Shown here in pieces: positions 31,049-41,274 of a stretch of DNA of 64,000 nucleotides. The notes beneath the pieces are model-generated. The model saw only the letters and a list, made by a program, of their open reading frames with translations, did not search any database and was not told where the DNA came from. The position numbers and the translations under genes were made by a program. The stretch's first letter is position 1. Each line of letters starts with the position of its first letter. This DNA comes from an uncultured Alphaproteobacteria bacterium (GTDB lineage Bacteria > Pseudomonadota > Alphaproteobacteria > HIMB59 > GCA-002718135): the NCBI GenBank assembly GCA_902596065.1, contig CACJSL010000003.1, forward strand, positions 1,087 through 65,086, given 5' to 3'.

Positions 31049-31876
31049 ATGAAAAGAAAAAAATTAACAACTTATGATTATTTAGCTTGTAAAGGAAAAA
31101 GGCAACTAAGTAATTTGTTTGTTCACAACAAGGAAGAAGCGGCAGCGGCTGAGGAAGCTGGTATTGATTTTATAGTTGGAGCTCATGATAATCCTAAATT
31201 TGAAATTAATGCTTCATTTGAAGAAGTAAAAAGAATTCGAGAAGCTGCTCCAAGTTGTTATATGCAATCAGGGGCAAGTATTCCTGCAGCATCAGAATAT
31301 GAAGCAATTAAATTTGCTCATAAGTATCTAGAGTTTGGTGTTGATTGTATTTATGTTGGAAACTATAGCTTAGAATGGATCAAGGCTATGCGACGTGAAA
31401 ATATACCAACAATTGGTCATTGTGGTTTAATCCCTGGTAAGGCCACTTGGATAGGTGGACACAGAGCAATAGGAAGAAATGCAGAAGAAGCAATTGGGGT
31501 TCTTCGTCACACATTAGAATTACAAGATGCAGGAGTAGTAGGAGTTGAATTTGAAGTTGTTCCTCCAAAAGTTGCAGCAGTTGTTACAAAAAAAACTGAC
31601 ATTATTATTATGTCAATGGGCAGTGGTTCTGATTGTGATGCTCAATTTTTATTTTCAAATGATGTATTAGGTTGGACTGAAGGTCATACCCCAAGACATG
31701 CTAGAGTATATAGAAATTTTAAAGCAGAATACGAGCGTTTACAAAAAGAAAGAGTAGCCGCATTTAAAGAATTTCATCAAGATACTCTCGATAAAAACTT
31801 TAATGATCCTAAAATTACAGTTTCTATTGAAGATAGAGAATATGATAAATTTTTAGAAATGGCAGAAAAAATATAA
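31049..31876 (+). CDS. Divergent PanB (ketopantoate hydroxymethyltransferase)-fold protein #1
   Basis: GHCGLIP, EFEVVP, MGSG..CDAQ, DVLG; GDS motif absent; GGAGG RBS before ATG 31049. Confidence 0.8.
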   Translation: MKRKKLTTYDYLACKGKRQLSNLFVHNKEEAAAAEEAGIDFIVGAHDNPKFEINASFEEVKRIREAAPSCYMQSGASIPAASEYEAIKFAHKYLEFGVDCIYVGNYSLEWIKAMRRENIPTIGHCGLIPGKATWIGGHRAIGRNAEEAIGVLRHTLELQDAGVVGVEFEVVPPKVAAVVTKKTDIIIMSMGSGSDCDAQFLFSNDVLGWTEGHTPRHARVYRNFKAEYERLQKERVAAFKEFHQDTLDKNFNDPKITVSIEDREYDKFLEMAEKI

Positions 31877-31885
31877 GTTAAATAA

Positions 31886-32866
31886 TTATTTTATTTTTAC
31901 TTTGTAATAACCATTGGGATCAGTTGCCAGCCTTATAACAGCAGGTAATATGGTTTTATAAAAATCATATAGACCGTTAAAAGGTTTGGGAAGTTGATCT
32001 TTGATTTCATTTTGTAGTTTTTTTAAATTATAAGAAGGAATCATAGGGAACATATGATGCTCTAAATGGTATTCCATTTTCCAGTATAAAAAACTCAGTA
32101 TAGGATTAATCTTAATTGAGTATGTGCTTAAGCGATGATCTTTAGTATCAACTTTTGCAGCTAAATGTTGCGTTACATTAACCATAAACCAAATTGGCTT
32201 TCCAATATATGTTGGTAAAATAATATATAATATTGGTAAAATGGACCAAATATAATAAGAATATAAAAAAACACATATCCATATAAAAACATAAAAACGT
32301 GAATTCCAAAGAATTTTCTTTTTTTGATTTTCAGGAGCGCTAAGTTTAACAACAGGTGTAAATATTCCTAATGCATGTTTTAATACTTCAAATTTAATAA
32401 GACGATGAGGAAACAAAAGGTCTGTTAAAGGAATAAAATTTAAGAAAAAGACTATAACTTCTGTTGGTCTTGAAATTTGAATTTCATGATCATAATCACC
32501 TTCTGTTTGCATCGTATAAGTATGATGAAAAGTGTGACTCCATCTCCATCTAAATCCTTCAAAGTCACACATAAATGAGCTTATGTGATAAAAAATTTCA
32601 TTTATCCATCTTGTTTTAAAAGCTGTGCGATGAACTGTTTCATGCCAGTTTGCAACACTAAAAGCATATATTGTTCCATAAATAAAAAAGAACAATGCTG
32701 TCCACCAAGTGCCCCATGTTATGTATGCAAGATAACCAGATATGAAAAGAAATAAGAAATAAAAAAAGAAATGAACTAATCCTGGTAAATCTTTTCTTTT
32801 TGACAATTCCTTAAGTTTAGCTCTATCTATCTGTGGTTTATACCAATTTTCTAAATCTACTTCCAT
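31886..32866 (-). CDS. MocD-like membrane di-iron oxygenase #2
   Basis: HETVH, WSHTFHH, YHLEHH. Confidence 0.85.
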   Translation of the reverse strand: MEVDLENWYKPQIDRAKLKELSKRKDLPGLVHFFFYFLFLFISGYLAYITWGTWWTALFFFIYGTIYAFSVANWHETVHRTAFKTRWINEIFYHISSFMCDFEGFRWRWSHTFHHTYTMQTEGDYDHEIQISRPTEVIVFFLNFIPLTDLLFPHRLIKFEVLKHALGIFTPVVKLSAPENQKKKILWNSRFYVFIWICVFLYSYYIWSILPILYIILPTYIGKPIWFMVNVTQHLAAKVDTKDHRLSTYSIKINPILSFLYWKMEYHLEHHMFPMIPSYNLKKLQNEIKDQLPKPFNGLYDFYKTILPAVIRLATDPNGYYKVKIK

Positions 32867-32901
32867 TTCAAAAAATACAATAACTTAACTAATCAATTTT
32901 A

Positions 32902-33714
32902 TTAACTAATATTAACATAAAAAATTCTTATTCCCCAAAAAATTATCAATATTCCAGAAATATAATTTATTTTTTTACTACGGAAAAAATATTTTTCTAG
33001 AATAATATATATAGAGAGACCTGCTATCCAAAATAAATTCATGACACCAACATAAAAAAGCAAGAGCATTAATACCCAACAACAACCAACACAAAAAAAG
33101 CCATGCTTCAAGCCTACATAAAAAGCATTCCAATTACTAAATATTTTATTAGAGCTGAATAATTCAATCGGATTTCTACAATAATATAAACACGAATCTT
33201 TCAGAGGTGTCATTTGATATATGCCAGCCAATACAAATAATATCCCTCCTAATAAATATCCAATACTCATAGTATGAGAATTTAACACATTAGAAATTTT
33301 TAAAATCAAATGAATAACAGTTGCTAGAAAGCTAAACAACCCCCAAACAGCTATATAAGACAAGGCAAAATTAAAAGTTGCAACATATTGGTATTGTAAT
33401 TTTTTTCGTTCCTCATTAATTTTTTGAAACATTATTACAAAAGGTATTACTGACGGTAACATCATTGCAGTCATCATAAAAAACCACATAAAAAAAAGTA
33501 AAATAAAATCTAAAAAAATATTATAATTTTTTCCATGTTCCATCATTTCCATGGAATTAGAATGAGAAATCAAATTTAGATTCATTAAGGTCATCTGCCA
33601 TGCAGACATATTCATGCCAACACCAGTAATAGTATAAAACCAACTAAAAATAGAAATTAAAATCAATATAATTAAAATTAAGGAACGATGATAACGATTT
33701 AATAAAAATAACAC
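32902..33714 (-). CDS. DUF2182 metal-binding integral membrane protein
   Basis: MWFFMMTAMMLPS, YQMTPLK..CL..CR, CVGCCW; paired with DUF1326. Confidence 0.85.
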   Translation of the reverse strand: MLFLLNRYHRSLILIILILISIFSWFYTITGVGMNMSAWQMTLMNLNLISHSNSMEMMEHGKNYNIFLDFILLFFMWFFMMTAMMLPSVIPFVIMFQKINEERKKLQYQYVATFNFALSYIAVWGLFSFLATVIHLILKISNVLNSHTMSIGYLLGGILFVLAGIYQMTPLKDSCLYYCRNPIELFSSNKIFSNWNAFYVGLKHGFFCVGCCWVLMLLLFYVGVMNLFWIAGLSIYIILEKYFFRSKKINYISGILIIFWGIRIFYVNIS

Positions 33715-33730
33715 TTCTGAATATAATCTT

Positions 33731-34363
33731 TTAGTTTGGTATTCCTTTTGGCGTTAAATTTAATAAAGCAACTTGAACATAAGTATCTTTAAAATTAGTT
33801 TCAAAAGCTGCATTAGCAACTGTTGTCCCTGATCCCATTTCTGCTTCTTTAAATTCCATACCATGAGGAAGGCCAATTCTTGCTCTATGTTCTTCTCCAG
33901 TAATAGGATTTTTAATCGGTTCCGTTTTTGTTGTAATAATATCCTCAGCTTTTAAATTACATATTCTAGTTTCAATATTAATATCAAGATCAATGTTTTT
34001 AATAAGAGGATCATGAATTTTAGTCATCATTGAAATATACATGGCAAACGCTGTAGCCATAGGCTCGGTTTCTTTACCATAAATAATAGATTGCATTGCA
34101 TTCTGTTGATCCTTAGAAGATTGGGCATCTAATATAATTTGCATTTCACCACTACCTTCGTGAATAGGTCCAGGAAATTTCATCATAGAAACTGCCTTAA
34201 CTCCAGATAAATCTATCTCACCAAAAAAACCTTCATCAATTAGAAAAGCTCCAATTCCATGACAATAATTATCAGTAGGAGGAGCATTAAATTGACAAGG
34301 GCATCCATAATTACAATTACAATTTCCAAATTGTTTACCTTTAATGTGCCAATCAATACTCAT
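33731..34363 (-). CDS. DUF1326 protein
   Basis: W.IKG..FGNCNCNYGCPC, PGPIHEG, NPITG. Confidence 0.88.
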   Translation of the reverse strand: MSIDWHIKGKQFGNCNCNYGCPCQFNAPPTDNYCHGIGAFLIDEGFFGEIDLSGVKAVSMMKFPGPIHEGSGEMQIILDAQSSKDQQNAMQSIIYGKETEPMATAFAMYISMMTKIHDPLIKNIDLDINIETRICNLKAEDIITTKTEPIKNPITGEEHRARIGLPHGMEFKEAEMGSGTTVANAAFETNFKDTYVQVALLNLTPKGIPN

Positions 34364-34427
34364 TTAAAACTACTATATAAATTTTTATGAAAAAAGAAAT
34401 TATTAAATATATATATTTTTTTGATAA

Positions 34428-35429
34428 CTATATATTTGGAAGTTTTACCTCTAATCTATAATTTGGATCATAAGCTTGCTTAAAAATAGCAGGTAAAATT
34501 TCCTTATATGCGTCTAAAAAACCATTTTTTGGTTTTGGCATTTGATCTTTTACCGCATTATGTAATTTTTTTAGATTATATGCTGGTACCATAGGAAACA
34601 TATGATGTTCTAAATGATATTCCATATTCCAACATAAAAAATTTAGAAGGGGGTTTAACTTTACACTTCGTGTAGTTAAACGATGATCCATTACATTGTT
34701 AGCTAATCCTGCATGTTGAACAAAATGAACACTATGAATAAGTGTTGAGCCATAGATAAATGGTAAAAGTAAATATAAAACTGGTAACCATGTTGTAAAA
34801 TAAATAGAGGAGCTAATAATTAAAATCCAAAACAATACAAAAATTCTAGCAGATATACCAAGCTTAGAATACTCTTTTGGTGGAACACAATCTTTTACAA
34901 CTTGGGTTTTTATACCTAAAGCATGTTTAATTGTCTCTAAATGAAAAGCGACATTACTTTTATAAAAAAATAAATTTCCTAATGGTAAATGATAAATAAA
35001 AAGCCATAACAAATCTGTTGGTTTTGTAACTTGTATTTCATGATCATAATGTTCTTTGGTATGAAGAGTATAAGTATGATGATGAAAATGACTCCAACGC
35101 CAACGTATAGGCTCATAATTAAACATAAAAGAAGTTAAATAATAAAAAAATTCATTCAACCACCGAGATTTAAATGCATTTCTATGGCCACACTCATGTC
35201 TGATAGGGTCGCTGAACAAATAAATATTTCCATAAACTAAAAACCAAAAAACACACCACCATGTCCCCCAAGTTAGAAATGCCATATAACCCGAAAATAC
35301 TAAAATAACTATCCATAGAAAAATATGTTTGATGCCATGCCAATCTGACCGTTTGGATAATTCTTTTAAAACTTTTTTATCTATAGAACATTTGTACCAT
35401 TGATCAACATTGCCTTCTAGAAATTGCAT
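34428..35429 (-). CDS. MocD-like membrane di-iron oxygenase #3
   Basis: HECGH, WSHFHHH, YHLEHH. Confidence 0.85.
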   Translation of the reverse strand: MQFLEGNVDQWYKCSIDKKVLKELSKRSDWHGIKHIFLWIVILVFSGYMAFLTWGTWWCVFWFLVYGNIYLFSDPIRHECGHRNAFKSRWLNEFFYYLTSFMFNYEPIRWRWSHFHHHTYTLHTKEHYDHEIQVTKPTDLLWLFIYHLPLGNLFFYKSNVAFHLETIKHALGIKTQVVKDCVPPKEYSKLGISARIFVLFWILIISSSIYFTTWLPVLYLLLPFIYGSTLIHSVHFVQHAGLANNVMDHRLTTRSVKLNPLLNFLCWNMEYHLEHHMFPMVPAYNLKKLHNAVKDQMPKPKNGFLDAYKEILPAIFKQAYDPNYRLEVKLPNI

Positions 35430-35431
35430 AT

Positions 35432-37147
35432 TTATTTAATTTTTTTATTTTGTAAAAAATTAAAATCACATCCCAATGTAGCTGGTAGTACATTCTTTTG
35501 ATACAAGCTTTTATATCCTCTTTCATAAACAACTTTTTTATTTTTGGATATTTTAGACATTCGATTTTTCATTTCTTTTTCAGAGATTAATAAATTCAAA
35601 GAATTATTTTTTACTGATAATTTTATATAATCTCCATTTTGAACAACTGCAAGAGGGCCAAGTTTATTGCTTTCTGGAGTAACATGTAAAATTATAGTTC
35701 CAAATGCAGATCCACTCATTCTAGCATCAGAGATTCTAATCATATCTTTTATACCTTTTTTGGCTAATTTTTTTGGTATTGGTAAATAACCTGCTTCAGG
35801 CATACCGGAATTACTACTAGGTCCTGCATTTTGAAGAACTAAAATATCATCTTTTTTTACATCTAGATTAGGATCGTCAATTCTTTTTGCTAAATCATTA
35901 AGTGACGAAAAAACAACAGCGCGCCCTTTGTGTTCAAACAATTTTTTTGATGCTGCTGCTCTTTTAAGAATTGCACCTTCAGGAGCAAGTGAACCGAACA
36001 AAGCAATCAAACCACCTTTTTTATTAACAGGTTTAGATTTAGAAAAAATTATTTTACGATCAATATATGAATTATTTATTTTTTTTAATCTTTGTTTTAA
36101 AGTTTGGCCAGTTATATCAATTGTATCTAAATGAAGTTTATTTTTTAATTCTAAAAGTACTGAGTTTAATCCTCCGCTAGCATTAAAATCTTCCATATAT
36201 CCTTCACCAACAGGTTTTAAATTAACTATAACAGGTGTCTCTTCAGATATCCTATTAAATTCTTCAAGAGATATATTAATTCCAATTCTTCTTGCTATTG
36301 CAGTTAAATGTATAATTGCATTTGTTGAACCTGAAATTGCTAACAAAACTCTAAGTGCATTTTCAATTGATTTTTTTGTTACTATTTTTTCTGGAAGTAT
36401 GCCTTTGTTTAACCCTAAATTTGCTGCAAGAATTCCAGTATCTTCTGAAGCACGTAAACGATCTGAATGCACTGCAGGAATACTAGAAGTATTAGGCACC
36501 ATGATACCTAATACATCTGCAATAATTGCCATAGTGCTTGCCGTTCCCATGATTGCGCAAGTTCCTGAAGTAGTTGCAAGTTTATCTTCAATTAAATTAA
36601 TTTCATTTTTATCTATTTCATTAGATCTATATTTTGCCCAAAATCGTCTACAATCTGTACATGCTCCTAATCTTTCTCCTTTATGCCTACCTGTCATCAT
36701 TGGTCCAGACACCAATAAACACGAAGGAATATTTGCTGAGAAAGCACCCATTAATAAAGCTGGAACAGTTTTATCACAGCCTCCCATTAAAATTACTGAG
36801 TCCATTGGTTGGGCAAGTATCATTTCTTCAACACACATTGACATTAAATTTCTATACATCATAGATGTAGGATTTAAAAAAGTTTCACCTAATGATATTA
36901 CAGGAAACACAATAGGAAGTGCACCTGAGGCGTGAACACCTCTTTTTACTGCTTCAAGCATTTCTGGAAAGTTTCTATGACAATTGTTATATCCACTCTC
37001 AGTATAACAAATACCAACTATAGGTTTATCTAAAGATTTATTCGAGTACCCCATAGATTTTGCAAAAGATCTTCTTATAAAATTAGAAAAATCTTTATCT
37101 CCATAATCTGATAAATTTTTTTCAAGACCCTTTTTTTTATTTTTCAT
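35432..37147 (-). CDS. IlvD/Edd-family dehydratase (probably a sugar-acid dehydratase)
   Basis: NNCH, GGCDKT, MGTASTM, GSTNAIIH, DARMSG; sugar catabolism context. Confidence 0.9.
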   Translation of the reverse strand: MKNKKKGLEKNLSDYGDKDFSNFIRRSFAKSMGYSNKSLDKPIVGICYTESGYNNCHRNFPEMLEAVKRGVHASGALPIVFPVISLGETFLNPTSMMYRNLMSMCVEEMILAQPMDSVILMGGCDKTVPALLMGAFSANIPSCLLVSGPMMTGRHKGERLGACTDCRRFWAKYRSNEIDKNEINLIEDKLATTSGTCAIMGTASTMAIIADVLGIMVPNTSSIPAVHSDRLRASEDTGILAANLGLNKGILPEKIVTKKSIENALRVLLAISGSTNAIIHLTAIARRIGINISLEEFNRISEETPVIVNLKPVGEGYMEDFNASGGLNSVLLELKNKLHLDTIDITGQTLKQRLKKINNSYIDRKIIFSKSKPVNKKGGLIALFGSLAPEGAILKRAAASKKLFEHKGRAVVFSSLNDLAKRIDDPNLDVKKDDILVLQNAGPSSNSGMPEAGYLPIPKKLAKKGIKDMIRISDARMSGSAFGTIILHVTPESNKLGPLAVVQNGDYIKLSVKNNSLNLLISEKEMKNRMSKISKNKKVVYERGYKSLYQKNVLPATLGCDFNFLQNKKIK

Positions 37148-37165
37148 AATATTTATTTAAATTAA

Positions 37166-37987
37166 TTAATTTAAAAGATTTTTTACAAATTGATAATTAT
37201 TTTTTAATATTTCTTCTTCACTAAACTCCCAACCAAAAACTTGAGCCTCATATTCTATACTTAAAAATCCATTATAGTTGAGTTTTTCTAATTCTTTGAT
37301 AATAAATTCAAAATTTATATTGCCTTTTCCAAGAGGGGGAAATTGAAAATATGGAAATTTTCCCATTGCATCTTTCATGTGTACATTAATGATTTTTTTT
37401 CCAAGAATATTTAATGAATCTTTAATATCTAATTTTTGTGCTTCGTAATGACTAGGATCATAATTTACCCAGATATTATCTTCACCTAGTTTATGCCAAA
37501 TGTTTTCAAAATCATGGTATGTATGAAAAACATGTCCTACGATTGGTTCCAAAGCTATTTTTATTTCTTTTTCAAAACCATATTCAGAAATTTCTTTTAC
37601 TGAATCATAAAAGATTTCTAATTTTTCTTCTTTTTTTTCACTTTTTTTTAATTCTCCAGAAAAAATATGAACTATAGGACATTTTATTTTCTGAGAATGA
37701 TCTATGCATTTTTTTATATACTTGATATTTGATTTTCTATCTTCATCATTTTTTTGGCTAATATCGATATGAGCGCCGATTGAAGAAATATCTAAATTGT
37801 ATTTATTGCTTAAATTAATTATTTTTTCTAAATCCTCATTGCTTGTTTGGTCATCTACATGAGGGGTGGCCCATGGCAATGTTTCAGCATTTAATTCAAT
37901 AGCATCATAACTTGATTCAGAAATTTTCTTAAAAAAAACTTCATATTTGTCTTGGTAAAATGTTACTGAATTAAAACTGATTTTCAT
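37166..37987 (-). CDS. Sugar phosphate isomerase/epimerase (IolE/MocC-like TIM barrel)
   Basis: LEP, YDPSH, VHMKD, G.G.INF, SIEYE. Confidence 0.85.
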   Translation of the reverse strand: MKISFNSVTFYQDKYEVFFKKISESSYDAIELNAETLPWATPHVDDQTSNEDLEKIINLSNKYNLDISSIGAHIDISQKNDEDRKSNIKYIKKCIDHSQKIKCPIVHIFSGELKKSEKKEEKLEIFYDSVKEISEYGFEKEIKIALEPIVGHVFHTYHDFENIWHKLGEDNIWVNYDPSHYEAQKLDIKDSLNILGKKIINVHMKDAMGKFPYFQFPPLGKGNINFEFIIKELEKLNYNGFLSIEYEAQVFGWEFSEEEILKNNYQFVKNLLN

Positions 37988-37992
37988 AAAAT

Positions 37993-39108
37993 CTAATATT
38001 TTGGAATTTCAATTTTAGTATTTTTATCAAGTGGTAAGTCTACCCATTTTTTTTCTTTTTTTGAGATATAAGAAGCAATAATAATTTCAAGTGCTTTTAA
38101 GCCATCCTCTCCATTGACTTCAACAGATTTACCTTCAATAATATTATTACAAAAACTCATTAATTCTTTTTCATAAGGATTCTTTCTTTCAGGTTGCAAA
38201 GTAATCCAACCCCCTTCAAATTCTTTCCACCATGCAGATGGGTAAAAATTATTTTTTAGAATAGGTGGAATTTCATTCAGTTTTTTTTCCGTATATACTG
38301 CCAATGGAACATTATGAAATGGGTTAATAGTTTCTGTAACAAAATGAATTGCGCCCTCTGAACCATATAAGTCTGTTCCATCTCCTATAGCTGGAGAAAA
38401 GCGGTCAGAAGATATTACTCCAGTAGAACCAGATTGCATATTAGCTAAAATATATACATTATCATCTACTTTGTGTGGTATTTCATTATGTTTAAGCTCA
38501 GCAACAATATTTTTATATTCTCCTAAAAGATAGCGAATAAGATCAATTCTATGAACTGCAAGGTCAACCATGGTTGCGCCTCCTGACTGTTCAAGATTAT
38601 ATCTATATTGAGTTGTAGCGGGATAAGCATCCCATTTTTCAGAATAAACACTTCTAAAAGAATGGACTTTTCCTATAAAGTTAATTTCTAGCAATTCTTT
38701 TACAATTTGAACTTGCGACCAATATCTCTGATTGAAACCTATTTGTAAATTAACTTTGTTTTCATTACATGATTCAATCATTTGATATGCATCTTGTAAA
38801 TTTACAGAAATAGGTTTTTCACAAAATATATGCTTTCCAGCATTAGCTGCTTTTATAGCTATTTCTTTATGAGTATCATTTGGAGTAGCAATAACAATAG
38901 CATTGATATTTTTGTCATTAATAAGTTCATCTAAATTTTTAGCAACTTTAGGAATTTGCCACTTTTGCGAACACTCTAGTGCTCTGTCTCGATTGACATC
39001 AAAAATACTTAAAATACTTGCGTTAGAAATTTTTTTTATAGCATTTGCATGACTAAGAGCAAAAATAGCTCCTGTACCTACTATTCCAAATTTAACTTCT
39101 TTTATCAT
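37993..39108 (-). CDS. Gfo/Idh/MocA oxidoreductase #1
   Basis: GIVGTG, ATPNDTH, CEKP, GFNQR, DLAVHRID. Confidence 0.92.
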   Translation of the reverse strand: MIKEVKFGIVGTGAIFALSHANAIKKISNASILSIFDVNRDRALECSQKWQIPKVAKNLDELINDKNINAIVIATPNDTHKEIAIKAANAGKHIFCEKPISVNLQDAYQMIESCNENKVNLQIGFNQRYWSQVQIVKELLEINFIGKVHSFRSVYSEKWDAYPATTQYRYNLEQSGGATMVDLAVHRIDLIRYLLGEYKNIVAELKHNEIPHKVDDNVYILANMQSGSTGVISSDRFSPAIGDGTDLYGSEGAIHFVTETINPFHNVPLAVYTEKKLNEIPPILKNNFYPSAWWKEFEGGWITLQPERKNPYEKELMSFCNNIIEGKSVEVNGEDGLKALEIIIASYISKKEKKWVDLPLDKNTKIEIPKY

Positions 39109-39124
39109 TTGTTTATAAATCTAA

Positions 39125-40132
39125 TCAATTATTACTCTCCTTAGGTAATTCTACTTTTAAAACATAAGTTGGATCCTTTGCTTGTTTTAGTACAGCCGGA
39201 ATAATTTCTTTATATGCGTCCCATAAGCTAGTTTTTGGTTTTGGCATTTGATCTTTAACTGCTTCATGTAATTTTTTTAAATTATAAGAAGGAACCATAG
39301 GAAACATATGATGTTCACAATGATATTCCATATGCCAATATAAAAAACTAAAAATAGGATTGAATTTAACTGTTCTAGTACACAATCGATGATCCATGAC
39401 ATTGTTTTTTAGTCCTGCATGTTGAACAAAATCAAAAATATTTCGAGTAGTAGTTCCATAAATAAAGGGTAATAAGATTAAAACAATCGGTAACCATGTT
39501 TTAAAGTATACTGATGATAAAATAATAATAATCCATAATAGAATATGTATTCTGGCAAACATTCTAACTTTAGAATATTCATCCTTTGGAACACAATCTT
39601 TTAAAACTGGAGTAATAATTCCTAGAGCGTGTTTAATTGTCTCAAAATGAAGAGCAGCATAACTTTTATAAAAAGTTAGATTACCTAACGGTAAATGATG
39701 AATAAAAAGCCACAATAAATCTGTTGGTTTAGTGACCTGAATTTCGTGATCAACATGCTTTTCTGTATGAAGTGTATAGCTGTGATGATGAAAATGGCTC
39801 CACCGCCAACGAATAGGTTCAAAATTAAATAAAAAAGAACCTATGTGATAAAACAGCTCATTCAACCAGCGCGTTTTAAAGGCAGTACGATGTCCACATT
39901 CATGCCAGACAGGATTACATCCCATAAAAATATTTCCATAAACAAACAAAGCTGGAATAGTCCACCAAGAAATCCATGTTACTACAACCCAATAACCAGA
40001 TAAAACTAAAAATATAATCCAAAGAAAAATATGTTTAATTCCTTGCCAGTCCGATCTTTTGGTTAGTTCTTTGTATAATTTTTTATCTATCTTACACTTA
40101 TACCACTGGTCGATTGTAACGTTCTCTTCCAT
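39125..40132 (-). CDS. MocD-like membrane di-iron oxygenase #4
   Basis: HECGH, WSHFHHH, YHCEHH; close paralogue of #3. Confidence 0.85.
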   Translation of the reverse strand: MEENVTIDQWYKCKIDKKLYKELTKRSDWQGIKHIFLWIIFLVLSGYWVVVTWISWWTIPALFVYGNIFMGCNPVWHECGHRTAFKTRWLNELFYHIGSFLFNFEPIRWRWSHFHHHSYTLHTEKHVDHEIQVTKPTDLLWLFIHHLPLGNLTFYKSYAALHFETIKHALGIITPVLKDCVPKDEYSKVRMFARIHILLWIIIILSSVYFKTWLPIVLILLPFIYGTTTRNIFDFVQHAGLKNNVMDHRLCTRTVKFNPIFSFLYWHMEYHCEHHMFPMVPSYNLKKLHEAVKDQMPKPKTSLWDAYKEIIPAVLKQAKDPTYVLKVELPKESNN

Positions 40133-40134
40133 AA

Positions 40135-40458
40135 TTATCTTGAATGAAAGATTTCATCCATATAAATCCATCCATCAACTCTTTTTCCTTTTTCTAAAGG
40201 TTCAAGCATTGGTATATGAATATCCCACCACTCTTGCATTTTTTTATTTTCACCCCATTTTTTCATATCAGCTTCTAAGTTGTCTCCATGATATTCAAAA
40301 TAACCAAACAAAATTGTACCATGAATAAATATTGAAAAATTTTTTACATTTCCTTTTGCAATGCACTCTAAAACTTCAGGCCAAGGATCAGAATGGTATC
40401 TTTTATACTCTTCAATACATTCAGGCTTAATCCCTATAACCATAGCCTTTCTTTGCAT
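40135..40458 (-). CDS. rhaM: L-rhamnose mutarotase family protein
   Basis: EYKRYH..PWPE, NFSIF, FGYFEY, QEWW. Confidence 0.8.
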   Translation of the reverse strand: MQRKAMVIGIKPECIEEYKRYHSDPWPEVLECIAKGNVKNFSIFIHGTILFGYFEYHGDNLEADMKKWGENKKMQEWWDIHIPMLEPLEKGKRVDGWIYMDEIFHSR

Positions 40459-40461
40459 AAA

Positions 40462-41262
40462 TTAATTTGCTGATTTAGTTGTATCAAGTACTTGAGGATA
40501 TGGATATCCAACACCAAGAAGATTTTGAAGTTTTTTGTTACATTTTTTTATTATCTTCATATCTATACTCGCAAGTTGATCTTCCATTGGTTTGACAAAT
40601 TTAGGAAGATATTGTCCAAGTATTCCTACTCTAGGTTTATTAGTTCTATTATCACCAGCTCCATGCCAAAGCAAACCTGTCATTAACATTACTGAACCTG
40701 CTTCTCCGGTAGTTTGTTTCATTATAGGCCAAAATTCTTCTTCTTTTGGAAAATATCCTCTTAATTGTGACCCTGGTCCAACCATTGTTGCACCATTTTT
40801 TAGAGTAAAATCATCTATCATAATTGTAGATTGGCAGTTCATTGCAAAGCTTGAATTAATATGTTTAGGAAAAGATTTTAATTTATACATATCCCAATAA
40901 GGATAATCTAAATGAGGAAGTTGTCTCTTGTCACCTGGCTGCTGTATTCTAGCTGCAAAAGATCCTAACTTTAATTCATTGCCAAGTATAATTGAAAAAA
41001 CTTCCATAATTAAATCATGTTGTACTAATTTTCTAAAAACCTCATGCTTATCTATTAAATTCCACACATGATTTGTTACAGATAAAACTGCTAATTCACT
41101 CATATTTTTTTTAATATTTTCTGTCGCTTTATAACTCTTAGCAATAGAAATGATTTGTTCTCGAGCAGTCTTAACATCTTTTTTTGAAAAAAGTTTTGGA
41201 ACAACAAAATAACCGTTTCCTTTTAAAAGTTCATCAGCGATTTTTTTTGCATTGTACTTCAT
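40462..41262 (-). CDS. PhyH-family Fe(II)/2-oxoglutarate dioxygenase #1
   Basis: HLD, DDFT..NGAT..PGS, WHGAG.N..R. Confidence 0.88.
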   Translation of the reverse strand: MKYNAKKIADELLKGNGYFVVPKLFSKKDVKTAREQIISIAKSYKATENIKKNMSELAVLSVTNHVWNLIDKHEVFRKLVQHDLIMEVFSIILGNELKLGSFAARIQQPGDKRQLPHLDYPYWDMYKLKSFPKHINSSFAMNCQSTIMIDDFTLKNGATMVGPGSQLRGYFPKEEEFWPIMKQTTGEAGSVMLMTGLLWHGAGDNRTNKPRVGILGQYLPKFVKPMEDQLASIDMKIIKKCNKKLQNLLGVGYPYPQVLDTTKSAN

Positions 41263-41274
41263 CTTGCAACCTCT

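Noticed and set aside
36399..36935. 178-aa + strand ORF, plus similar ORFs at 1077, 6325, 13645, 14130, 14490, 17915, 25779, 26597, 40059, 40592, 43570, 49022, 54168, 54579 and 62938
   Set aside because: Antisense shadows of well-supported genes, with no recognisable motifs.
34428..40132. Short exact nucleotide matches between MocD#3 and #4 as a repeat element or misassembly
   Set aside because: The matches are confined to conserved coding motifs, and the proteins differ throughout, as expected for diverged paralogues.
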